Below, piece by piece: positions 1 to 11,771 of a stretch of 64,000 nucleotides of DNA (position 1 is the first letter of the stretch; every line of letters begins with the position of its first letter). A program made the position numbers and the translations under genes. The stretch comes from Macrostomum hystrix. Its lineage: Eukaryota; Animalia; Platyhelminthes. Under the pieces are notes generated by a model that had not been told where the DNA came from, made no database searches, and saw only the letters and a program-made list of their open reading frames with translations. The DNA is taken from NCBI GenBank assembly GCA_950097015.1, contig CATNEN010000001.1:15252001-15316000 (forward strand), in the 5' to 3' direction.

Positions 1-1384
1 CGTTTTTCTTTGTGGACTTGTTAGAATAAGAGCCCAAAAACTATAATTTTCTAGAGCCTTGCATTTTACAGTATTTGTAGTAAAGCACTATGACATGAGT
101 ACGAATGTAGGCCCATTCAAGACAGGTACAACTGCAAATATTGATTATTAAATGTCCACCAGCAATGAAATAAAATGCTTCATTTCTAACTTTATTCTTA
201 AAATCCCTAGGCCTATATCCTATTTTAAGCCCTATATGCCCTGTATTTATATGTTTTTTAGGGTAATCTATTATCAACCAAACAAGAATGTGTAATGTTT
301 TTAACTTCAAACCTAAGCTACATATTTTCTGTTTAAGATATGATGATAAATCAACAGCCAAGTTATCTTTCTAAGAAGTATCTGCTTTTGCTATTTTGTC
401 AAGTAGAAAAAAAATTATTCCTGCTTTTCATCTAAAACCGAACAATGATTTTCATGTATCTTCAAACCAAACAGAGAATTTGAGGTGCAGTTTTACAATT
501 GGAGTGAGTGGTTTAATCTTATTTTAAGGAGTGAACTGTCATGAATTATGTCATTTGAAAGCATTTTTCATGCTCTAAAAATAACTACATGGTCATTTAA
601 TTGGCAAGCAACCACATACAATCTTCATCTAAAGTACATACTGAAAAAATGTTGTTAAAAAGTATGCTTTTGCAATAAAAATTTCTACTGAAACGTCAAT
701 ATCTTTCTTTCCTCTTAATGCTTCATTGCATGTCATGCCTAGCTTGTAGATAATTTCTTTGACCTATCAAATTAGTTGTCTGTGAAACACAATAGCTTGT
801 TTCTGTCTTGTATAAGACCAAAGAAGGAGTCAAAATTCTTGTTTGGTTTTGAAGATAACATTGTTCAGTTGATGATACTTTACCCTAAGTCTAAACTGGC
901 AAAACAAGCCAAAAATAAAAAACTAGAGTAAGTCAAAACAATAAGTTATGTTGTATTTTTTATTATGTAAATAATATTTTATAGTACAATTGTAGAACTG
1001 GAAAAATAGTTAACCTACTAATTAGGGTTAGAAATAAACTGAAAATGACTAATTCTATGTAATCTAGATGTTATATTACATCTTGACTTATTTACTTTTG
1101 GATACTTAGGTCTAAACTCTGAAATCAACTTGACACCTAGCAGAATATCTACATGTTATTGAGGCTGCCAAGTATTTCTCTGCCTATGCTTTTCAGTGCT
1201 ACCATTTCTGTGCCCACTCTGGCTTTCTGGAATCTTTTAGGATTTTTGTGTATTTTTACTTACCTAAACATTAATATTCATTGACTGATGCCTTTTTATT
1301 TATTGCTGTAGTGTTATTTTGTTTTTCAACATTCTTAGTGTCATTTTTTATCTGCTGGCTGGCCACATAGGCATTATACAAAAC

Positions 1385-1621
1385 CATACATGCGCAACCT
1401 CCCAAATCTTAGCTGGCCATGTGACTAAGTTTTTGCTCTATTTATGACTTAGTTTGCTCTCATTTGCTCTCTTTTTCTCTCCCCTTTTTCCTTTTCTTCA
1501 CGCCTTCCTTTTTTGTCCCTTGGTCCCCCTTTGATTTTTTTGCGCTTGGTCGATTGGTTTTTGCGACTTACCTTGCTTGGCACTCGTTTCGGCCAGTTTG
1601 GCCGGGTGTTGCGCATGTATG
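1385..1621. mobile_element. hAT-type MITE copy 1 (237 bp)
   Basis: 14-bp TIR CATACATGCGCAAC...GTTGCGCATGTATG. Flanks TACAAAAC (1377-1384) and TATGAAAC (1622-1629) match at 6/8, a degenerate 8-bp TSD. Non-coding. Reverse complement of copy 2. Confidence 0.8.
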
Positions 1622-1751
1622 TATGAAACTCGCAGTCTTGCAAATAATGCCTTGATGCTCTATTGAAACAAGATGGAGGTTGATTATTTTGTTTATGTCT
1701 AGGCATGTCCTATCTGCAGAAGACACAAGGCTATGATGATAGGCAACAATC

Positions 1752-2032
1752 CATACATGCGCAACACCCGGCCGACCCGGCCGAACTGGCCGGGTGAAAC
1801 GAGGGCCAAGCAAGGTAAGTCGCAAAAACCAATTGACCAAGCGCAAAAAAATCAAAGGGGGGACCAAGGGACAAAAAAGGAAGGCGTGAAGAAAAGGAAA
1901 AAGGGGAGAGAAAAAGAGAGCAAATGAGAGCAAACTAAGTCGTAAATAGAGCAATGAAACGAACTAAGTCTCAAATGAGAGCAAAAACTAAGTCGCACGG
2001 CCGGCTAAGATTTGGGAGGTTGCGCATGTATG
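1752..2032. mobile_element. hAT-type MITE copy 2 (281 bp), inverted relative to copy 1
   Basis: Same 14-bp TIR, with a perfect 8-bp TSD CAACAATC at 1744-1751 and 2033-2040. An 8-bp TSD plus a CA-starting TIR is typical of hAT. Confidence 0.85.
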
Positions 2033-2859
2033 CAACAATCTCACAGTCACCCCCTTGGTAGATTTTGTGTAATACTAGGCTTGCAGCATGCTATTGCACT
2101 GTCGTGGACTGGATGAACTTCTGTTGTGATATCTGCTGCCAATACCTGATTGATCATTCAATGTAGCTTGTAGGCCCTAGAACTGAGGTGGACATTGTCA
2201 AGTCAAAATACTTTCACAAAAATTACAAGGAGGGTCACTAGGTACTCCAAATGGTTAAATGTGGCACTTGAAAGGCCATAATGGTACTGGTACTGAACTG
2301 CAATGCTTGGGTAATACTTTTTTCAGCTAATAATTGTTCATGTTTTCCTAACTAAATACATTTGTGTAAATAATATACAGTTCTTGCAATAATCAGTATT
2401 TCAGTATTCTTTATGCTTCTGTATTTTCTTGATAAGTCCAGTGTTTGTCTTAATGCCAGGGAAACACCAATAAATAAAAAAATAATCTTATTGGTATGGA
2501 TACTATTATAATTTTGTTCATTTGATATAAAATTCTGTTTCATGTTTTAAGGTGTCAGTTAAAATAAAATTTAAACTTGAGAGTTCTAATAGATATCAAA
2601 GTTATGTGGTATTATGGGATGTATTGGCACATTAATGGCACCAGTTAACAATTTTTAGACATCTTATTATCTCTTGCATTTTTATGTATTTCAGAAATTT
2701 CACCTGCTTGAACTTTTGTGTAATTTTGTATTGCTTATTTAAAGTAAATGTAAAGTAAATTCAAAGGCATTTGAGCTAATTTATATAGACAAGTTTTTGA
2801 GTTATTTTTAATGTACAAGAACATTAACACTGATAAATTTCAGCAAAAAGCTACAAAGA

Positions 2860-5800
2860 ATGTCATCGTCTGTTGTAATCACTACAGCCAAGGACACTAT
2901 GGCATCGGCTATAACTACTACACCAGGCGCCAGTATTGTTGCTCCAACTGTGACTACTTACAGTAACAATAGTAGTAATGGTGCAGCCAATGAGAACAGT
3001 GTTTCAACATCGCCGCCAATGATTCGTCGACTGCCTAGCTCCGGCTTTGGTAGGCCAGTTATTGTGCAACTGAAAATTGAATCTCAAACTCCAAAACTAT
3101 CGTCTGGCGATGCATCTGGCTCTACTGTGCCTAAGTCTGGCACCGTGGCTGTAAATAATAGTGTTGGTAACAGCAGCAGCAGTGGCATTACTGTTGAACG
3201 GCGCAACAATTGTTGCGTCATAAGCATTCCCAGATCAGCTGTTAAAACTGTTGGACCCGGGGCCAACTCGTCCGTATCTACTATTCGAGTAGCCGCTGCA
3301 AAACGCTTGTCTGATAGGGCCGGAATCGGAAGTCAGGTGCGTTTGAGTCACACTTCAAGCTGAGATAATTGAGTACTTCAGGTTGTGAACTGCAGCTTCA
3401 GTTCTTGAAGTTAATCCTGAAGTATCGGAGTAAATGGGTCCTGAAATTACCGGAGGCAGTGGGTATTGAAGTATAAGTTGGCATGTGTCCTGAAGTACCG
3501 GAGGCAGTGGGTACTGAAGTATAAGTTGGCGTGTGTCCTGAAGTACCGGAGGCAGTGGGTACTGAAGTGTCAGTGGCAGCAGGTAATGAAGTATCAGTGG
3601 CAGTGGGTCCTGAAGTATCAGTGGCAGTGGATCCTGAAGTATCAGTGGTAGTGGATCCTGAAGTATCAGTGGCAGTGGATCCTGAAGTATCAGTGGCAGT
3701 GGATCCTGAAGTATCAGTGGCAGTGGGTCCTGAAGTATCAGTGGCAGTGGGTCCTGAAGTATCAGTGGCAGTGGGTCCTGAAGTATCAGTGGTAGTGGGT
3801 CCTGAAGTATCGGGTTGAGGGGTCCTGAAGTATCAGTGACAGTGGGTCCTGAAGTATCGGGTTGAGGGGTCCTGAAGTATCAGTGGCAGTGGGTCCTGAA
3901 GTATCAGTGGCAGTGGGTCCTGAAGTATAAGGTGGCGTGTGTCCTGAAGTACCGGAGGCAGTGGGGCTGAAGTATCAGTGGTAGTAGGTCCTGAAGTATC
4001 AGTGGCAGTGGATCTTGAAGTATCGGGTTGAGGGGTCCTGAAGTAACAGTGGCAGTGGGTCCTGATGTGTCAGTGGCAGTGGGTCCTGAAGTATCGGGTT
4101 GAGGGGTTCTGAAGTATCAGTGGCAGTGGGTCCTGAAGTATCAGTGGTAGTGGGTCCTAAATTATTGGGTTGAGGGGTCCTGGAGTATCAGTGGCAATGG
4201 GTCCTGAAGTATCAGTGGCAATGGGTCCTGAAGTATCAGTGGCAATGGGTCCTGAAGTATCAGTGGCAGTGGGTCCTGAAGTATCGGGTTGAGGGGTCCT
4301 GAAGTATCAGTGGCAATGGGTCCTGAAGTATCAGTGGCAGTGGGTCCTGAAGTATCGGGTTGAGGGGTCCTGAAGTATCAGTGGCAATGGGTCCTGAAGT
4401 ATCAGTAGCAATGGGTCCTGAAGTATCAGTGGCAGTGGGTCCTGAAGTATCGGGTTGAGGGGTCCTGAAGTATCAGTGACAGTGGGTCCTGAAGTATCGG
4501 GTTGAGGGGTCCTGAAGTATCAGTGGCAGTGGGTCCTGAAGTATCAGTGGCAGTGGGTCCTGAAGTATAAGGTGGCGTGTGTCCTGAAGTACCGGAGGCA
4601 GTGGGGCTGAAGTATCAGTGGTAGTAGGTCCTGAAGTATCAGTGGCAGTGGATCTTGAAGTATCGGGTTGAGGGGTCCTGAAGTAACAGTGGCAGTGGGT
4701 CCTGATGTGTCAGTGGCAGTGGGTCCTGAAGTATCGGGTTGAGGGGTTCTGAAGTATCAGTGGCAGTGGGTCCTGAAGTATCAGTGGTAGTGGGTCCTAA
4801 ATTATTGGGTTGAGGGGTCCTGGAGTATCAGTGGCAATGGGTCCTGAAGTATCAGTGGCAGTGGGTCCTAAATTATTGGGTTGAGGGGTCCTGGAGTATC
4901 AGTGGCAGTGGGTACTGAAGTATCGGGTTGAGGGGTCCTGAAGTATCAGTGGCAATGGGTCCTGAAGTATCAGTGGCAGTGGGTCCTGAAGTGTCAGTGG
5001 CAGTGGGTCCTGAAGTATCAGTGGTAGTAGGGTCCTGAAGTATCAGTGGTAGTTGGTCCTGAAGTATCAGTGTTAGTAGGTTCCTGAAGTATCAGTGTTA
5101 GTAGGTTCCTGAAGTATCAGTGTTAGTAGGTTCCTGAAGTATCAGTGTTAGTAGGTTCCTGAAGTATCAGTGGCAGTGGGTCCTGAAGTATCAGTGGCAG
5201 TGGGTCCTGAAGTGTCAGTGGCAGTGGGTCGTTGAGTATTCAAAGGTCAGTGCTAGACAATGAGCAGTGTGACCCTGGCATCACCGCACTCAGGTTCGCG
5301 CCCTAGTCGCAGCTCAGGAAGGTCTGTCAGCAGCCGGCCCGCTGTCACAGGAGGCTATCGAGGCCGAGTCCGGCAGCATGGAGGAGCCACTGTCCGCCCA
5401 CGTCGCCCTGCAGAGCGCTCTGGTGCTGCTGCCCGAAAGCACTCGAAAGCGATTCCAGTGCCGACTGTGCGGCAACTGCTACGCCAGGGTTGAGTATTTG
5501 AGTCGGCACGTGCGTCAGGCTCACCTCAGAGACAGCCGCCTGTTGGCGCTGGCCAAGCAGACAACTAGCGGCGATGTTGATCTGCCCGACGACGAGGACG
5601 CAACGGCCGACGAAGATAACGGCGACGAGAATTCGTCCTCGTCGCCTACTGGGGCCGGCAGGAGCCGGAAGCGGCAGTCGATGCAGCCAGTCGTCGCCAG
5701 TGAATCCGGGCCAAGGTGCACCCTATGCGACAAGCAATTCCCCGACGGTGAGGAACTCAAGCGCCACTTGCTCAGCCATCCGGGCAGCTACGAGTGCCCG

Positions 5801-7890
5801 CGATGCGGCCGCTGGTTTCCTAGCCTAGCCGGCCTGCAGAAACACTCCAGCGAGGAGCACGCCTCGTTGAACGACGACTACGGCGAGAATGACGACGATG
5901 ACGAAGGAGTCGACGAGGACAACGACGAAGATGCCGTTGAGGTCGTCACGGATCGGGTCGGCTCCGGAATGATTGTCGCCGGCGGCTCGTCGTCCTTCTC
6001 TAGGCCCTGCATCTGCGCCATCTGTCAGGCCGCTTTCCCGGAATCTCACCTGCTAGCCAATCACGTCAAGACTGTACACCGGCTGAGAAAAACGGGCGGT
6101 CGCGGAGACAAACGCTGCTACCAATGCGCCTATTGTGCCAAGTGCTTTCATCAGCACACTAACCTGAGGCGTCACCTCACCTGCCACACTGGCCAGCGCC
6201 AGTTCCCATGTCCGATCTGTCAGAAACGATTCGCCGATAGGGGAGATGTCAACAAGCATATGGTTACGCATACTGGCGTCAGGCCGTTCAAGTGCACGGT
6301 TAGTAATGCCTCGCTGCCTTAATTAGAATCATTGGGATTTTTATTTAGAATCATTATGATTTTCATTTAGTATCCTTGGGATTTCATCAAGAATCCTTGG
6401 GATTTCATCTAGAATCCTTGGGATTTCATCTAGAATCCTTGGGATTTCACCAAGAATCCTTGAGATTTCATCTAGAATCCTTGGGATTTCATCTAGAATC
6501 CTTGGGATTTCACCAAGAATCCTTGAGATTTCATCTAGAATCCTTGGGATTTCATCTAGAATCCTTGGGATTTCATCTAGAATCCGTGGGATTTCATCAA
6601 GAATCCTTGAGATTTCACCAAGAATCCTTGGGATTTCATCTAGAATCCGTGGGATTTCATCAAGAATCCTTGAGATTTCACCAAGAATCCTTGGGATTTC
6701 ATCTAGAATCCGTGGGATTTCATCTAGAATCCGTGGGATTTCATCTAGAATCCGTGGGATTTCATCTAGAATCCTTGGGATTTCATCTAGAATCCTTGGG
6801 ATTTCATCTAGAATCCGTGGGATTTCATCTAGAATCCTTGGGATTTCATCTAGAATCCTTTGGATTTCATCTAGTATCATTGGGATTTCATCTAGAATCC
6901 TTTGGATTTCATCTAGAATCCTTGGGATTTCATCTAGAATCCTTGGGATTTCATCTAGAATCCGTGGGATTTCATCTAGAATCCGTGGGATTTCATCAAG
7001 AATCCTTGAGATTTCATCTAGAATCCGTGGGATTTCATCTAGAATCCGTGGGATTTCATCTAGAATCCTTGGGATTTCATCTAGAATCCTTGGGATTTCA
7101 TCTAGAATCCGTGGGATTTCATCTAGAATCCTTGGGATTTCATCTAGAATCCTTTGGATTTCATCTAGTATCATTGGGATTTCATCTAGAATCCTTTGGA
7201 TTTCATCTAGAATCCTTGGGATTTCATCTAGAATCCTTGGGATTTCATCTAGAATCCGTGGGATTTCATCAAGAATCCTTGAGATTTCACCAAGAATCCT
7301 TGGGATTTCATCTAGAATCCTTGGGATTTCATCTAGAATCCGTGGGATTTCATCTAGAATCCGTGGGATTTCATCTAGAATCCTTGGGATTTCATCTAGA
7401 ATCCTTGGGATTTCATCTAGAATCCTTTGGATTTCATCTAGTATCATTGGGATTTCATCTAGAATCCTTTGGATTTCATCTAGAATCCTTGGGATTTCAT
7501 CTAGAATCCTTGGGAGTTCACCAAGAGTCATTGGGATTTTTCTATTGTAGGATCAGTGTAATATTTCAATCCATCCAGGTGTGCGGTCGCCGTTTTGGTC
7601 AGCGCACGAACCTGCGCACCCACGCGCTGACTCACGCCAAGCCTCAGCAGCAGTTCTCAGCCGGATTATCGCCCAGTGCCATTGTTGCCGCGCACGATTC
7701 CGCTTTTAGGCGTCGATTAATTGCTTCGAGCAATGCTGGCCCGGTTGTCATTGGTTCAACTATGCGCAAGCAACAGCAGTCGCATCTGAGGCGAAGTCAC
7801 ATCTCTATGGAGCCGCTTAGTCAGGACCGATTCGCCTATCTGGACACCATCGAAGTTCCCGAAGCCGACGAGGAAGTCATTCTGGGATGA
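2860..7890 (+). CDS. C2H2 zinc-finger transcription factor, 7 fingers, ~597 aa; exons 2860-3336, 5294-6298, 7579-7890
   Basis: Donors GTGCGT (3337) and GTTAGT (6299); acceptors CTCAG (5293) and TCCAG (7578); all phase 0. Splicing completes the last finger FKCT|VCGRRFGQRTNLRTHALTH. HTGQRQF and HTGVRPF linkers. An acceptor TTTCAG at 2838-2843 precedes the ATG. Confidence 0.88.
3405..5230. repeat. 24-bp minisatellite (GTCCTGAAGTATCAGTGGCAGTGG) in ZF intron 1
   Basis: Tandem array with variant units and a higher-order duplication (~3800-4220 repeated ~640 bp later). Confidence 0.95.
6325..7540. repeat. 21-bp minisatellite (GGGATTTCATCTAGAATCCTT) in ZF intron 2
   Basis: Tandem array; source of the spurious ILDEIPR and GFHLESL ORFs. 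Confidence 0.95.
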
Positions 7891-8129
7891 TTTCGTTTGA
7901 GGAACAACGTCCGAATACTTTACTGTCTATGGTAAAAACCCTTGTTTCTTCGTTTTTGGTCATTGCTTTTAATTTTAAGTAGTTTTTTGCTACAATGTAT
8001 TAAGCAAAGTGTTTTATGCAACCTGAAAACTGACCTTTAGGCTTGGATTAGGACCAGTTTTGGGATTTCTACTTGGGATAGAATCTGGATTTTCAAATTA
8101 GAATCAATTTCTCATGATTCGGGATCCGA

Positions 8130-8740
8130 TTTAGAGGGCTTGGGATTTCAAATTGGTATCAGTTTTTTTGGGATTTCGAATTGAGATCAGCTTTGGGATT
8201 TCAAATTAGGATCAGTTTTAGGGATTTCAAATTAGGATCAGTTTAGAGGATTTCAAATTAGGATCAGTTTAGGGGATTTCAAATTAGGATCAGTTTAGAG
8301 GATTTCAAATTAGGATCAGTTTAGGGGATTTCAAATTAGGATCAGTTTAGGGGATTTCAAATTAGGATCAGTTTAGAGGATTTCAAATTAGGATCAGTTT
8401 AGAGGATTTCAAATTAGGATCAGTTTAGGGGATTTCAAATTAGGATCAGTTTAGAGGATTTCAAATTAGGATCAGTTTAGGGGATTTCAAATTGGGATCA
8501 GTTTTAGGGATTTCAAATTAGAATCAGTTTTAGGGATTTCAAATTAGGATCAGTTTAGAGGATTTCAAATTAGGATCAGTTTAGGGGATTTCAAATTGGG
8601 ATCAGTTTTAGGGATTTCAAATTATGATCAGTTTTGGGATTTCACATTGGGATAATTTTCAGGGAATTCGAATTGGAATAAATTTTTGGGATTTAGGATT
8701 GGGATCAGTTTTGGGGATTTCGAATTGGGTTCAGTTTAGG
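8130..8740. repeat. 26-bp minisatellite (GGATTTCAAATTAGGATCAGTTTAGA)
   Basis: Tandem array with degenerate edges, downstream of the ZF stop. Confidence 0.9.
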
Positions 8741-9654
8741 AATAGGAGTCAGTTGTAGAATTGCGAAGGCCTGTCAAACGCAGTGATTTGGTAGTTTTTA
8801 ATGACTTGTGTGATTTGATTGAGTTTGGTCTTACTTTTGAATTTCTGTCAGTTTGTGTAAACTTGCAAAGTCTCTGGTGTTTTTGTTTGACTTGTTCTTA
8901 ATAAAAAACAATTGTATTCGGTATGAATAGATTTAAACTTAATTCAATAACGCCCTATGCCATATTGTATCTATGTCTATTCTTACTGTACTGATTCCTG
9001 GTATGTTTGCAGGCAAAACTGGTCATAGTTTCGCTCATACTTCTATTACTGCATATATCTCCTTTGGCAGCTCTCGGTTGTCTTGTAAAAGTGACTGTTT
9101 GATAAATCGATAGTTTATATTTTGTATTTTTCTTGTTACTCTGTTTACTTAGCTGCAGTCCGTATATTTAATGGTAAATTATTGCCCTGAATTTGTAAAT
9201 AATGCGTCATTATATATTAATAAATAAAATAATTAATATTAAATTTAGTATCTAGCGACTTTTTAGATTAAAACCAAAAACTAAAGTACTAATTTTTTGC
9301 TCATCTTTTATCATGTAATCATTTCATATTTAGAAGTGTTCACTTTTGCTATACATACTACTCGTTATGATTTTTTCTTGTAAGTAGGCACTAATGCGCA
9401 TTATTTGTTAATAATAAAAACAACTGAAATTTGCGTCTAAATAAACTATTTTTCTTTACATATTTCTTCACAAAACGCTGAGTTGACTGAAATCGAGCCA
9501 AATCAGTTTTCTGTGCTCTAATTGTTTTTTAAGGTTATTCCCTACTATTGTGTGTCAATTCATCAGGATCTGTCTGTCTGTTCCTATTTCTCCTGATTTG
9601 TTTCTTTTTGATGTACAGATAAAACAATAATCAAGAGGTCGGAGAATGTGGAAA

Positions 9655-10245
9655 GGACACTGAGTCAGAGGCTCGTAGAGAGGACGCTGAGGCAGAGGGC
9701 ACAGAGGACACTGAGGCAGAGGGTGAGAGGACACTGAGGCAGAGGGTGAGAGGACACTGAGGCAGAGGGTGAGAGGACACTGAGGCAGAGGGTGAGAGGA
9801 CACTGAGGCAGAGGCTCGTAGAGAGGACGCTGAGGCAGAGGGCACAGAGGACACTGAGGCAGAGGCTCGTAGAGAGGACGCTGAGGCAGAGGGCACAGAG
9901 GACACTGAGTCAGAGGCTCGTAGAGAGGACGCTGAGGCAGAGGGTGAGAGGATACTGAGGCAGAGGCTCGTAGAGAGGACGCTGAGGCAGAGGGCACAGA
10001 GGACACTGAGTCAGAGGCTCGTAGAGAGGACGCTGAGGCAGAGGGCACAGAGGACACTGAGGCAGAGGGTAGAGAGGACACTGAGGCAGAGGGCACAGAG
10101 GACACTGAGGCAGAGGGCAGAGAGGACACTGAGGCAGAGGGCAGAGAGGACGCTGAGGCAGAGGGCAGAGAGGACACTGAGGCAGAGGGCAGAGAGGACA
10201 CTGAGGCAGAGGGCACAGAGGACACTGAGGCAGGGGCTAGAGAGG
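9655..10245. repeat. 24/28-bp purine-rich minisatellite (GAGGACACTGAGGCAGAGGGCACA)
   Basis: Intergenic tandem array. Confidence 0.9.
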
Positions 10246-11771
10246 GCACTTAGGCTTACACAAATTCCCATAGGCTAGCAAGATCTCGAGCTAGTTAATT
10301 GTATCCCTATGGCCAAGACAAATAGCTGGAATTCAATAATCGTCTGTTTACTCTGACCTGGCTAGTTTACAAGGTGTGTTTTGGCGCCAAAATTAGTTTC
10401 TAAGCAGCATCAACACCTGCAATGATAACGATTGTGTACGAAACTGAATGCTATTATATGGTGTCACTCTGGGCAGTATTGTTATAAAATCTGACAGCCT
10501 TGTTGCTATGATGCTTAATTGATTGAGTTTGAGTTGCTTGCGCAACTTTGAGTCCGCGAGTTTGTTACGGTTATTATAGCCGTGGTTGGGGATTCTGTTT
10601 TGTAAGATGATGAGGATATTTCTAGGATTTGTTTGAAATCTTTCGGCCTCCAAACACTAAGAATTGGTTAGCCTCGTGTCAGTGACAGCTCGACCAATCA
10701 ATTCTAATCCTAATTCGATCTATCACTCCATGCCCCAATCCGGCCGTTTTATTAACCATCAACTCTAAGCAATATTTCAATTTCAGTGGGGCTGCCTCAC
10801 TGTTTCAAATTGAGCTGACGTGCTAAAGGGGGCCACAACTGCGGATTGATTGAGAGGGGAACTAAATGGATGAGCACACTATACTCACACTCGCACACAC
10901 CCCTGCTTGGCGCATCTCTGATATGAAATTTATTTACTCAATACAGCCCTCTGTCAGCCTATTCTGTAGAGTGAAAATCTTCATCTAAGATTTGAAAATT
11001 ACATTTCTCCTCAATTCTCTAATTTTAATCCCACGCGGTCCCCGCTGTATGGTTATTGATTGGCTTAGAAATTAGTTATTCGATCTGGGACGAACACTAA
11101 CCGTAATAGGATAGATTTGATTGATAATCTCGATTCTTTAATTAATATAAGTCAACGGGTTATTACGTTTATTAACGAATTTTTAATCGTTACTTTTATC
11201 AGTCCTCTGTGCTTATATGTGTATTTGTTTGTTCAAATGGTATTATTAAACGTTATTTTAATTCTATGCGTCATGCAATGTTAGATAGGCTTGTAAGTGA
11301 TGTTAGATATGACATGGTTTATTAGTTAAAAGAGTTAAATAAACGGTGTTTGTAAAGTTATCTTAGGCGTTCTGATAAGGAAAACAAAACAATTAAACTC
11401 TGCTTATAACTTTTTGGTTCTAATAGTTTGACTAACACATGTTAACATGTCTAACAGGTTGTATGTAAATAACACATGTTAACATGTCTAACAAGTCGGA
11501 TGTGTCTAACATATGCTAGCAAGCTAAACTGTTAGGTAAAATAGCAATATGCGACTATTATATTAAGTACGAGTACTAATCTAAACTATTTAGGTCCATT
11601 GATAGAATGAGTTTTTGTTCAAGCAAAGTGTAACACCATATGTAAGTAGATCTGATATGCTAATTATGTGCAATAGTCTATGTAGATTGCAAGTGTAGTA
11701 ATATTTCAAGCTTTTTAATCAATGTAAGAGCAATAATGTGAAACTGACAATAGGATAGGCATTGCTTGCAG

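Noticed and set aside
41-361. 106-aa ORF and other short AT-rich ORFs
   Set aside because: No recognisable motif, mostly non-ATG starts, and no supporting splice structure.
3331-5299. CAG|GT at both ends of several introns as TSDs of intron-generating elements
   Set aside because: Matches the ordinary proto-splice consensus, and the introns share no terminal sequence.
6341-7890. 396-aa and 504-aa repetitive ORFs (ILDEIPR / GFHLESL)
   Set aside because: Translations of an intronic 21-bp array. Splicing it out is needed to complete a zinc finger, and neither ORF has an ATG start.
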